NCBI GenBank assembly: GCA_965203525.1
Contig: OZ241898.1
Coordinates: 4,185,621 to 4,249,620, forward strand
From: Vicinamibacterales bacterium
Lineage (GTDB): Bacteria; Acidobacteriota; Vicinamibacteria; Vicinamibacterales; UBA8438
DNA length: 64,000 nt
Direction: 5' to 3'
In this document: positions 35,610 through 44,251 of the stretch, one piece after another
How positions within the stretch are numbered: position 1 is the first letter of the stretch
How the letters are laid out: each line of letters opens with the position of its first letter
Program-made: the position numbers and the translations under genes
The notes under the pieces: generated by a model
What the model was told of the DNA's origin: nothing
Seen by the model: the letters and a program-made list of their open reading frames with translations, nothing else
Databases searched by the model: none

Positions 35610-36794
35610 GTGCATGGACGGTTTCGGAGATCCACCCTCCTTTCCGTCCGCCTCGGGCCGCTTCTCGCGAGCGGGTTTTTCATTCTATCAGGATGTTCGT
35701 CGCCGGCAGTCGACGTGCACGTCGACGTCGTTCGTCTTCGGGATCTTTCGGCGACGGTCTCTGCCGATTGCCTCATCCGCGCGCATCGCGCCGTCCGCGT
35801 CACGGCGGGCGCGTCGGGGCGCGTGTCCCGCCTCGCGGTCTCGGAGGGGACGAGGGTCACCGCGGGCGACCTGCTCGTGGAGCTTGCGCCGGGCCGGTTG
35901 GATGCGGACGTTCAAGCCGTCGCCGCGGCCGTCGGCGCCGAGCGGTCGGCGGTCGAACGGGCGCGGGTGGCTGGCCGAAGCGCGCGGTTGGCGGCCGACC
36001 GCGCACGATCCCGTTCGGAGCGGGTCTCGGCGCTGTGGTCGCGCGGTTTCGCTTCGTACGAAGAGCACGCCGACGCCGTCGCGGAGGTGGCCGCCAAGCA
36101 AGCCGGGGTTCGCAGGAGCGAAGCGGTCCTGGCCCAAGCGGCAGCGCGTCTTCGGTCGACGGAAGTCGAGCTCGCGCAGGTCCGGGAGTCCGCGCGAGAG
36201 GCACGGGTGGTCGCGCCGCTGTCGGGCGTCGTAACTCGCCTGCATGTTGCAGCCGGTCAGCAGGTCGTCGCGGGGCGAGGGCGCTATCTCGGCAGCTCTC
36301 TGGTGACCATCGAGGATCCCGATCGACATGTAGTCGATGCGTTCGTGAACGCGGCGGACGTTTCGGTTCTGGCGGCCGGGCAACACGCGGTCATTGCTCC
36401 GCACGCACAACCGGGGCGGTTGTATCCGGGCCGGGTGGAGTCGATCGGATACCGGCGGCGCGGCGGGGCCTCTTACGTGGCACGGGTCGTGCCGGTCGAC
36501 GCGTGGGAGGGCGTTCGACCCGGTTTTTCCTGCTCGACGGAAATTACCACGGCTTCTCGCCGCAAGGTCGTCGCGGCTCCGAAGCTGGCGTTGCTGTCAC
36601 GTGACGGTCAGCTCGGTGTGTGGATCGTGAGGGCAGGACGCATCTCGTTCGGGGCAGTGGAGCTCGGCATCGATGGGGAAGCGTACGTCGAAGTGCTCGC
36701 CGGCCTCCGTGTCGGTGATCGAGTCGTGACCGGGCCTGCCGACGTCGCTCGCTGGCTGGCCCCTTCCATCACGGTTCGCGAAAAGGAACGCTGA
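35610..36794 (+). CDS. HlyD-family membrane fusion (periplasmic adaptor) lipoprotein
   Basis: Track ORF of 394 aa with a lipobox (FILSGC), a biotinyl-lipoyl-like hairpin (RVSRLAVSEGTRVTAGDLLVEL ... APLSGVVTRLHVAAGQQV) and a coiled-coil between the two halves. Confidence 0.8.
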   Translation: MHGRFRRSTLLSVRLGPLLASGFFILSGCSSPAVDVHVDVVRLRDLSATVSADCLIRAHRAVRVTAGASGRVSRLAVSEGTRVTAGDLLVELAPGRLDADVQAVAAAVGAERSAVERARVAGRSARLAADRARSRSERVSALWSRGFASYEEHADAVAEVAAKQAGVRRSEAVLAQAAARLRSTEVELAQVRESAREARVVAPLSGVVTRLHVAAGQQVVAGRGRYLGSSLVTIEDPDRHVVDAFVNAADVSVLAAGQHAVIAPHAQPGRLYPGRVESIGYRRRGGASYVARVVPVDAWEGVRPGFSCSTEITTASRRKVVAAPKLALLSRDGQLGVWIVRAGRISFGAVELGIDGEAYVEVLAGLRVGDRVVTGPADVARWLAPSITVREKER

Positions 36795-36810
36795 CGAAAG
36801 GCCACCGGTC

Positions 36811-36975
36811 GTGCGGTGTTCGCCGTTCGGGTCACGACGAGGGCGTGACGACAAGCTGCCGAAGCGGTTGCGTCCGCGGACGAAGCGGGCGTTGCGCGAG
36901 GCCATGTACGCGCCGACGCGGGCCGACGCCGAGAAGGGGATCGGTGCCTTCGTGCGGCCCGCGCGTAGGGGGGCC
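36811..36975 (+). mobile_element. IS256-family transposase internal fragment
   Basis: DKLPKRLRPRTKRALREAMYAPTRADAEKGIGAFV matches the conserved mid-region pattern of IS256/mutator transposases. It has no start and no DDE core. Confidence 0.6.
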
Positions 36976-36995
36976 CTCTGGTCACGGCTGGAGTT

Positions 36996-37322
36996 ACCCC
37001 GGGCCGGTTCGCGTCCGGCGCGCCGGCGCCGGCTGGCGTCGTCACCGGCGTTGCTGCCGGAAACACGGGGAGGGCATGATGGCACGCGGGCGCAGGGCTC
37101 GCCTTCGCCGTCGCGAGGCGGACAACCGCCGTGAAGCGGCGTCGGCGGACCGACCGGGCGCCGGGGGCACTGTGGACCTGCCGTGGACCTGCCCGGCCTG
37201 TGGACGCCCGCCGCATCGTGCTGTATCCGCAGATCGGCGCGGCGGGCGCCCGCAGACCGTTGGAAATCTCGCGGGCGATCGCTGCCGCTGGTACCTGTGC
37301 CGAGGCCGCGAGATTCCCATAG
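36996..37322 (+). repeat. Structured repeat element, copy A
   Basis: Homologous along its length to the reverse complement of 41560-41872. The hairpin arms lie at 37261-37274 and 37306-37319. Confidence 0.85.
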
Positions 37323-37411
37323 GACTTGACAAACAGATCAAGTTTGGGCAACACTGAATCCAGCAGCCGGGTGGCGGGGTTGCCCAGCGGGACTCAAGGG
37401 GGGGCTGTGTG

Positions 37412-37885
37412 ATGACAGAGGATGAAGTCGGTATCAGGACGGCTTGGCTAAGGGGATTATTGCAGCGAGTTGGGTCAAACGCAGTAGCAATTGTGGCGAC
37501 TGCGGCAACAACTGCTATTATGATATCAATTGCTGGATATTATGAAGGGGCGCGGCAGGCAGACAGGGACGCGAGGCTTGAAGTTCTTCATCAAGTGGCG
37601 GGATACCGATTCCTTATGCGTCCAGAATATAGCTGTCGCAAAAGGGATCGGCTTATAGCGGCGATGAATCGAGCGACGGTCGTATTTGCAGACTATAAGG
37701 ACGTGCTCCATGCCGCAGAACTTGTTGTTGCGGCGGGGAATCTGAAAGAGGCGCACGTTAGGCTAGAAGAATACATCCGCGTGATGGCCAAGGCCATAGG
37801 CGTCACTCCGCCACCAGGTAACACGCTGATGATTATAATGAAGAATGCTTGTCCACCGGACGCTCAACATTGGTGGGACATGTGA
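37412..37885 (+). CDS. Orphan hypothetical protein on a low-G+C patch
   Basis: Track ORF 37409..37885 (GTG 37409 or ATG 37412) with a G-rich RBS upstream. Has one hydrophobic helix (AVAIVATAATTAIMISIAGYY). The region is visibly AT-richer than its surroundings. Confidence 0.55.
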   Translation: MTEDEVGIRTAWLRGLLQRVGSNAVAIVATAATTAIMISIAGYYEGARQADRDARLEVLHQVAGYRFLMRPEYSCRKRDRLIAAMNRATVVFADYKDVLHAAELVVAAGNLKEAHVRLEEYIRVMAKAIGVTPPPGNTLMIIMKNACPPDAQHWWDM

Positions 37886-37915
37886 GTGCTGCCGGTCCTT
37901 CATCTTTGCGCCCGG

Positions 37916-38334
37916 ATCATGAGAGTGAGTCCAGTCCTTGTTCGACGTCTTCTTCTTCCCGCAGCCTCCGGTTCTCCCGGCGCAGCCGGCGCACCTCCTC
38001 ACGCTCTTCGGTGCGCGGGCGTCGGTGCGCTCGTCGGCATCCCCGCCGGCCTGCGCGACCCATGTTCGGATGGCGCCTGGGCCGACGACTCGCACTCCCG
38101 AGCCGGACCCTCCGGCGTACGCCCCCCGACCGGACCAGCTCGACCATCTGCTGGCGGATCGGCACCCGGATACGGTCGTCTCGTTTTCGACATCGCGGAC
38201 ACCTCACCCAATCAGGATCAGGTGTCCGCAGCACTGGGCAACTCCACTTGACCACGACCCGATGAACGAATATGCTCGACAAGAGATGATGCGATAACCT
38301 GCCCACGGGGAATCGGGGATCGGGGGCAACCTCA
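37916..38334 (-). mobile_element. IS3-family remnant: frameshifted orfA plus terminal-repeat-like sequences
   Basis: Broken frames encode MSKTRRPYP..MVELVRSG..AIRTWVAQAGGDADERTD..RRLRRENRRLREEE, comparable with intact OrfA at 42749..43057. The IR-like sequence gcaacctca ends at 38334. Confidence 0.7.
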
Positions 38335-38379
38335 CGCCGCTCTGAGAAGGTCGTGGGCGGCGCGATACGGGAGGTGACC

Positions 38380-38808
38380 ATGATGCGGTGGATTCTCGGC
38401 TTGGCGTTCGTGGCGTGTGCTTCGTTCTCGGTGGCGGCGCAGGATCTTGATCAAGTGCCTGTGCAGGCGGCCGGTGGCCAAGGAGGGGATTCTGAGCTTG
38501 CGCGGATGCAGGCGGAGCAGGATCTCGTCGTAGCGCAACGCTGGATCAAGGCAGGATCCATCGCCTCCTGGATAGCGCCTCTTGCTCTGGCGCCGTTCGT
38601 CGCCGGTGAGGACCAGTGGATCGACTCGAGAGGGCGGTTGGGTACGGCGCTGAAGATCACGGGCGGCTCCGCGTTGGCGGTGGCTGTCGTCTCGGGTGCG
38701 GTTGGGCGCATCAAGCGCCGGGATGCTCAGCGGCGGCTGGATGCCCTGTCGATCACCGTAGGCGTAACGGCTGACGGTGCGGTCGTAGCTGGCGCTGTGA
38801 CCTGGTAG
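38380..38808 (+). CDS. Second, identical copy of the exported/membrane protein gene
   Basis: Amino-acid sequence is identical to 35153..35581 (track ORFs 35126 and 38353 are identical). Confidence 0.55.
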   Translation: MMRWILGLAFVACASFSVAAQDLDQVPVQAAGGQGGDSELARMQAEQDLVVAQRWIKAGSIASWIAPLALAPFVAGEDQWIDSRGRLGTALKITGGSALAVAVVSGAVGRIKRRDAQRRLDALSITVGVTADGAVVAGAVTW

Positions 38809-38836
38809 GTGAGTTCCCGCTCGCGGGGGCGGCGCC

Positions 38837-40020
38837 GTGCATGGACGGTTTCGGAGATCCACCCTCCTTTCCGTCCGCCTCGGGCCGCTTCTCGCGAGCG
38901 GGTTTTTCATTCTATCAGGATGTTCGTCGCCGGCAGTCGACGTGCACGTCGACGTCGTTCGTCTTCGGGATCTTTCGGCGACGGTCTCTGCCGATTGCCT
39001 CATCCGCGCGCATCGCGCCGTCCGCGTCACGGCGGGCGCGTCGGGGCGCGTGTCCCGCCTCGCGGTCTCGGAGGGGACGAGGGTCACCGCGGGCGACCTG
39101 CTCGTGGAGCTTGCGCCGGGCCGGTTGGATGCGGACGTTCAAGCCGTCGCCGCGGCCGTCGGCGCCGAGCGGTCGGCGGTCGAACGGGCGCGGGTGGCTG
39201 GCCGAAGCGCGCGGTTGGCGGCCGACCGCGCACGATCCCGTTCGGAGCGGGTCTCGGCGCTGTGGTCGCGCGGTTTCGCTTCGTACGAAGAGCACGCCGA
39301 CGCCGTCGCGGAGGTGGCCGCCAAGCAAGCCGGGGTTCGCAGGAGCGAAGCGGTCCTGGCCCAAGCGGCAGCGCGTCTTCGGTCGACGGAAGTCGAGCTC
39401 GCGCGGTCCGGGAGTCCGCGCGAGAGGCGCGGGTGGTCGCGCCGCTGTCGGGCGTCGTAACTCGCCTGCATGTTGCAGCCGGTCAGCAGGTCGTCGCGGG
39501 GCAAGGGCGCTATCTCGGCAGCTCTCTGGTGACCATCGAGGATCCCGATCGACATGTAGTCGATGCGTTCGTGAACGCGGCGGACGTTTCGGTTCTGGCG
39601 GCCGGGCAACACGCGGTCATTGCTCCGCACGCACAACCGGGGCGGTTGTATCCGGGCCGGGTGGAGTCGATCGGATACCGGCGGCGCGGCGGGGCCTCTT
39701 ACGTGGCACGGGTCGTGCCGGTCGACGCGTGGGAGGGCGTTCGACCCGGTTTTTCCTGCTCGACGGAAATTACCACGGCTTCTCGCCGCAAGGTCGTCGC
39801 GGCTCCGAAGCTGGCGTTGCTGTCACGTGACGGTCAGCTCGGTGTGTGGATCGCGAGGGCAGGACGCATCTCGTTCAGGGCAGTGGAGCTCGGCATCGAT
39901 GGGGAAGCGTACGTCGAAGTGCTCGCCGGCCTCCGTGTCGGTGATCGAGTCGTGACCGGGCCTGCCGACGTCGCTCGCTGGCTGGCCCCTGCCATCGCGG
40001 TTCGCGAAAAGAAACGCTGA
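38837..40020 (+). pseudogene. Second copy of the HlyD-family adaptor gene, frameshifted
   Basis: Same sequence as 35610..36794 except for a 1-nt deletion (ctcgcgcAggtcc becomes ctcgcgcggtcc at 39404/39405) and a few substitutions. The reading frame splits between track ORFs 38837..39460 and 38809..40020. Confidence 0.8.
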
Positions 40021-40065
40021 CGAAGCGCCACCGGTCGTGCGGCGTTCGGGTCACGACGAGGGAGC

Positions 40066-40610
40066 GCGAACGACGCGGAAGCCGATGAAAGCCGTGGTGC
40101 GAGCTACCCTGCCCGGAATGGCTGCCATGGTGCGAGCGCGGCGAGTGACGGCAGCCGACGTAGCTTCCTCACGCTTCCCGGTGCGCAGGCCGTCGGTGCG
40201 CTCGCCGGCGTCCCGGCCGGCCTGCGCGACCCATGTTCGGATGACTTGGACCGACGACTCGCACTCCCGAGCCGGACCCTCCGGCGTACGCCCCCGACGA
40301 GGTGTCTGATCGAATCGCCGTTCTCGACGGTGCGGCTGCGTCAGCGTGTAACGAAGGGGGCGGGTTCGCGCAGCAAGGGCCTGCTGATGGCGTTCAAGCT
40401 GCTGGACATGGCGCAGCGGCGGTGGCGCCGGCTGAACGGGGCGCACCTGCTCCTCTGGTGCGATCCGGCGTGCGGTTCGTCGATGGCCTGCCGCAGGCGC
40501 GCGGCGGGACGGAGAGGGAGGCTCGGAAGGGGCCGCCTGATCACTCCCGATCCACAACTCTTGACAATATCTCGCGCGCTTCCTGCCTTGCCCGCCGGGT
40601 GAATTCTGTC
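40066..40610. mobile_element. Mosaic of IS256 transposase fragments (+) interrupted by an IS3 orfA fragment (-)
   Basis: The plus strand carries IESPFSTVRLRQRVTKGAGSRSKGLLMAFKLLDMAQRRWRRLNGAHLL, then after a frameshift LVRSGVRFVDGLPQ, which is an IS256 C-terminus. The minus strand at 40160-40290 carries RTWVAQAGRDAGERTDGLRTGKREE, from IS3 OrfA. Confidence 0.65.
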
Positions 40611-40740
40611 CTGGCAGGTAAGATGGAAACAATGTGTCGCGGTTCCTCGTGCCCGCCGGCTCGCATGCGAGGGGGCTGGTGGATCGTGCGGGCATTTCGG
40701 CGCCGGCCAGCGGGCGCCGGATCCGGGGGCTCCGGGGTCG

Positions 40741-40944
40741 ATGCTCCTCGTCGCGGGGTATCATGCGTGCTTGCCGTTCGGTGGCGGCAGGTCAGTGGTA
40801 GCGTTCGGTCGGTTGTCGCGCGCCCGGGGTGGGAGTGCAGGAATGCTCCTCGTCGCGGGGTATCATGCGTGCTTGCCGTTCGGTGGCGGCAGGTCAGTGG
40901 TAGCGTTCGGTCGGTTGTCGCGCGCCCGGGGTGGGAGTGCAGGG
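40741..40944. repeat. Near-perfect 2 x 102-bp tandem duplication
   Basis: Unit atgctcctcgtcgcggggtatcatgcg...gggagtgcagg(a/g) occupies 40741-40842 and 40843-40944, differing only at the last base. Confidence 0.95.
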
Positions 40945-41076
40945 ATGCCGTTGAACTGGTTCGTCGCGGCGTACGTCGGCAGCGCGGTCCTCCTGACTCT
41001 TGGGCTGATCGTCGAGGGGGATCGCGGCCGGCCGCTCGATTCGCGGGGACTACCGAGCGCGGCAGAAAGGGGGTGA
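40945..41076 (+). CDS. Tiny hydrophobic ORF (43 aa), hypothetical
   Basis: MPLNWFVAAYVGSAVLLTLGLIVEGDRGRPLDSRGLPSAAERG has one TM. It could also be read as the end of the 111-aa track ORF 40741..41076. Confidence 0.3.
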   Translation: MPLNWFVAAYVGSAVLLTLGLIVEGDRGRPLDSRGLPSAAERG

Positions 41077-41079
41077 CAC

Positions 41080-41262
41080 ATGAAGCTCACGGTCGAGAGA
41101 CTGCCGGCCGTCATAGGCGTGTCGATAGGGCTGGCGAATCTGCTGGAGGAGGGGTTGGTCACCGGTGACTGGCTCTATCGGGCAGTTCTGTCCGGTCTGT
41201 TTAGTGGGGCCGCTGCCTACGGTGTAGGGCGGTTCGGTCTGTTCGTTGTCAGGCGACAGTGA
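41080..41262 (+). CDS. Small two-TM membrane protein (60 aa), hypothetical
   Basis: Track ORF MKLTVERLPAVIGVSIGLANLLEEGLVTGDWLYRAVLSGLFSGAAAYGVGRFGLFVVRRQ. The RBS-like AAGGGGG lies 7 nt upstream. Confidence 0.4.
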   Translation: MKLTVERLPAVIGVSIGLANLLEEGLVTGDWLYRAVLSGLFSGAAAYGVGRFGLFVVRRQ

Positions 41263-41373
41263 AACTGACCCCCTGGCGACATCGAAAACTGCCCCCCTTG
41301 TCCAGGGAGGAGTCAGCAGATGAAGGGATGCGAGGATGTCGGCTCGTGGGCGGGGAGGCCACGGGCACAGACG

Positions 41374-41451
41374 ATGATGAAATCAGATGAGGTGGAGGCG
41401 ATGCTGCGTCTGCACGCGCTCGGTTGGGGACTCAGGCGCATAGCGCGGGAG
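41374..41451 (+). pseudogene. N-terminal HTH stub of another transposase (IS21-like?), cut by the IS3 end
   Basis: MMKSDEVEAMLRLHALGWGLRRIARE ends at the TGA supplied by the IS3 terminal repeat at 41452. The family assignment is weak. Confidence 0.35.
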
Positions 41452-41479
41452 TGAGGTTGCCCCGATTCCGTGGACAGGT

Positions 41480-41872
41480 TAACGCTTGGGTTCCCATCAT
41501 GACAGGTCCCCGGATGGACGGGGGTTTGCGTGTGAGTCATCAACGAGAAAAAAGCGCTGTGGACCTGTGGGAATCTCGCGGCCTCGGCGCAGGCGCCGGC
41601 GGCAGCGATCGCCCGCGAGATTTCCAACGGCCTGTGGGCGCCCGCCGCGCCGATCCGCGGATGCGGCACCACGTCCCGCGGGCGTCCACAGGCCGGGCAG
41701 GTCCACAGCGCCCCCGGCGCCCGGTCGGTCCGCCGACGCCGCTTCACGGCGGTTGTCCGCCTCGCGACAGCGAGGCGAGCCGTGCGCCATCATGCCCTCC
41801 CCGTGTTTCCGGCAGCAACGCCGGTGACGCCGCCGGCCGGCGCCGGCGCGCCGGACGCGACCCGGCCCGCGG
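41480..41872 (-). repeat. Structured repeat element, copy C (inverted relative to copies A and B)
   Basis: The reverse complement aligns with copy A over 41560-41872 and with copy B over 41490-41650. The hairpin arms lie at 41568-41581 and 41613-41626. Confidence 0.85.
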
Positions 41873-42752
41873 GTTCGGGCGCCTCGCCGGACCGCTCCCC
41901 GTCCGCGGGCGCCGTCTCCCGGAGACGTTCGAAATCCAGCGGCGACAGGTAGCCCAACGCGGAATGACGCCGCCGCGTGTTGTACCACCCTTCGATGAAC
42001 GTGAACACCGCCGACCGCGCCTCGGCGTGCGTCGCCCACCGCGTGCGGTCGAGCAACTCGCACTCCAGCGTCGCGAAGAAGCTCTCGGCCATCGCGTTGT
42101 CGAAGCAGTCGCCGACCGAACCCATCGACGGCGTCACGCCCCATTCCTGACAGCGGGCGCCGAAGGCCAGCGACGTGTACTGGCAGCCCTGGTCGGAGTG
42201 ATGGATCACCGCCGCCGGTCGGCGCTGCTTCACGGCCATCTCCAGCGCCTCGGTCACCAGCGCCGTGCGCAGGTGCGCCGCCATCGCCCAACCCACGACC
42301 CGCCGGCTGAACACGTCGAGGACGACGGCCAGGTAGAGGAAGCCGGCCAGCGTCGGGACATACGTGATGTCGGCGACCCACAGCCGGTTCGGTCCCGCCG
42401 CCTCGAAACGGCGCTCGACCCGATCCGGGGCCGGCCGGACCCGCACCGCCCGCCGCGTCGTGCGCGGCCCGCGGCGCCGGCTCACCCCCGCAATGCCCGC
42501 CGCACGCATCACCCGCGCCACCCGCTTGCGGCTCACCGCGGCCCCGCCTGCCGACAGTTCCGCCTGAATCCGGGGCGCGCCATACGTCCCGCGGCTGTGG
42601 GCGTGGATCGCGCTGACGCGGACCGTCAGGTCCGCGTCAGCCTGCGCCCGAGCGGACGCACCCCGCCGACGCCACGCATAGTACCCGCTCGGGGAGACAC
42701 CGAGCACCCGGGCCATGGTGGCGATCCGGAAGCAGGCCTGATTCGCGCTCAT
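41790..42752 (-). CDS. IS3-family transposase OrfB (DDE integrase core)
   Basis: Track ORF of 320 aa. The DDE context is WVADITY.., HHSDQGCQYTS and DNAMAESFF, with GWYNTRRRHSALGYLSP. The C-terminal 40 aa run into the repeat element. Confidence 0.85.
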   Translation of the reverse strand: MSANQACFRIATMARVLGVSPSGYYAWRRRGASARAQADADLTVRVSAIHAHSRGTYGAPRIQAELSAGGAAVSRKRVARVMRAAGIAGVSRRRGPRTTRRAVRVRPAPDRVERRFEAAGPNRLWVADITYVPTLAGFLYLAVVLDVFSRRVVGWAMAAHLRTALVTEALEMAVKQRRPAAVIHHSDQGCQYTSLAFGARCQEWGVTPSMGSVGDCFDNAMAESFFATLECELLDRTRWATHAEARSAVFTFIEGWYNTRRRHSALGYLSPLDFERLRETAPADGERSGEAPEPAGRVASGAPAPAGGVTGVAAGNTGRA

Positions 42753-43057
42753 GAACCGGTAGATCCCCCGGATCCGGTCTCCCGCGCGAACCAGGCCGTG
42801 GCTTTTGCCAGGATCTCCCGCTCTTCCCGCAGCCGACGGTTCTCCCGACGCAGCCGGCGCATCTCCTCACGCTCCCCGGTACGCAGGCCGTCGGTGCGCT
42901 CGCCGGCATCCCGGCCAGCCTGCGCAACCCAGTTCCGGATGGCCTGGGCCGACGGCTCGAACTCCCGCGCCAGAGCCTCCGGCGTGCGCCCCGACCGGAC
43001 CAGCTCGACCATCTGCCGGCGGAACTCCGCCGCATACGGCGGTCTCGATTTCGGCAT
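42749..43057 (-). CDS. IS3-family transposase OrfA (HTH)
   Basis: Track ORF of 102 aa: MPKSRPPYAAEFRRQMVELVRSGRTPEALAREFEPSAQAIRNWV...RRLRRENRRLREEREILAKATAWFA. Confidence 0.85.
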   Translation of the reverse strand: MPKSRPPYAAEFRRQMVELVRSGRTPEALAREFEPSAQAIRNWVAQAGRDAGERTDGLRTGEREEMRRLRRENRRLREEREILAKATAWFARETGSGGSTGS

Positions 43058-43114
43058 CGCAGATACCTCCTCCTCCCAACAGGATCAGGTGTCCACGAAA
43101 TCGGGGCAACTCCA

Positions 43115-44201
43115 CAACCTGACCGACGCCCAGAAGGGCCAGCTCCGCGAGCGCCGTGCCACCGAGGGAGCGGCGGCCGAATCCGCCTTGCTCAAGCTGT
43201 ACGCGGAGGTCTGGCTGCCCGCGTCCGCCGACGGCGCGCTGTCGATGGAAGCCGTCCGCATGGGCGGCCGGCCCCTCCAGACCACGCTCGACGCGAAGAA
43301 GCGCGCCCGCATCCACGAGCGCCTGACGGAGCTGCTGACGACCGTGCAGAAGAAGGTCTTCGGCAGCGTCGCGCCGGGCAAGATCGTCGAGCTGTACCGG
43401 CTCGGCGCCGGCGACCCCGGCGGCCCCGGCGCCTCGACCCGGCGCCCGGGCGGCGGCAACGCACCGAACGACGCCGGCGCGCAGCTTCCCGGCGCACCCG
43501 GCGCCCCGACCGGCAAGGCAGCCGGAACACCCGCACGCCCCGATGCCGGCGACGCCGGCGCACCCGGCATTTCGACCGACAAGGTGGTGGCCGGGTTCTT
43601 CTCGTTCCTCGGCTTCCCGCGCCTGCGCGACGCCGACGTGGTGCGCACGGCGATCGCCCGCGGCGTCGAGACCGGCCTGTTCGCCTGCGCAACCGGCCGG
43701 CCGGCGCTCGGCGCCGACGGGCGCTACCGGATCGACCGCGGCCGCATCGCCTTCGAGCGGACGGTCGCCGAGGACGAAATCGACCTCGACTCCGGTTTCC
43801 TCATCGCGCCCACCGCGCTGCCGGCGCCGGCCGCCGCCGTGACCCCGGCGCCTGGCGACGGAGACGACGACGTCCGCTACCCGACGCCCGGCGGCGGCAG
43901 CGACCGCTACCCGGCGCCCGGCGGCGGCGCCGGCGTGGTCCGGGACCGCGAGAACGTGATCGCCGGGACCGGGCTCGCCGCCACGGGTTTGCGCGACCTC
44001 ACCATCTCGTTCTCCGCCGACCGGAACGAGCTGTTCAACGCCTGGAACGCCCTCGCCAACCTCGCCGACGCCGCCGGCAAGATCTCGGTCCGCGTGCAGG
44101 CCGCGTCGGACACTGGGTTCGACCGGGCCAAGCTCGAAAACGGCGTCCTGGAGCCGTTGCGCGAACTCGGGCTGATCGACGACGATGACGAGCGGGCGTA
44201 A
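43115..44201 (+). pseudogene. 3' fragment (about 360 codons) of a DUF499-type (BrxC/PglY-like) ATPase gene, truncated by the IS3
   Basis: The frame continues directly from the IS end. LTDAQKGQLRERR..LLKLYAEVWLP.. , ..FLGFPRLRDADVVRTAIARGVETGLFA..ADGRYRIDRGRIAF and the tail FNAWNALANLADAAGKISVRVQAASDTGFDRAKLENGVLEPLRELGL match my recollection of DUF499 C-termini. No HMM was run. Confidence 0.55.
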
Positions 44202-44251
44202 ACTCTTCGTCGCCCGATCCCTTCCTCCCGTCCCCGGTGGAGGTCCGCTGA

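Larger units (their letters stand above)
41452..43114 (-). mobile_element. IS3-family insertion sequence (orfA/orfB) carrying a copy of the structured repeat near its orfB-distal end
   Basis: The terminal inverted repeats are tgaggttgccccgattccgtggacaggt (41452-41479) and the reverse complement of 43087-43114, tggagttgccccgatttcgtggacacct. The flanks differ (..ggag vs caac..), so no target-site duplication is present. Confidence 0.8.

Noticed and set aside
41424-44201. Single 925-aa plus-strand ORF spanning the IS3 element and the downstream gene.
   Set aside because: The first roughly 560 codons are antisense read-through of the IS3 orfA/orfB and the repeat element. Only the segment after the IS end (43115 onward) has protein-like sequence with DUF499-tail motifs.
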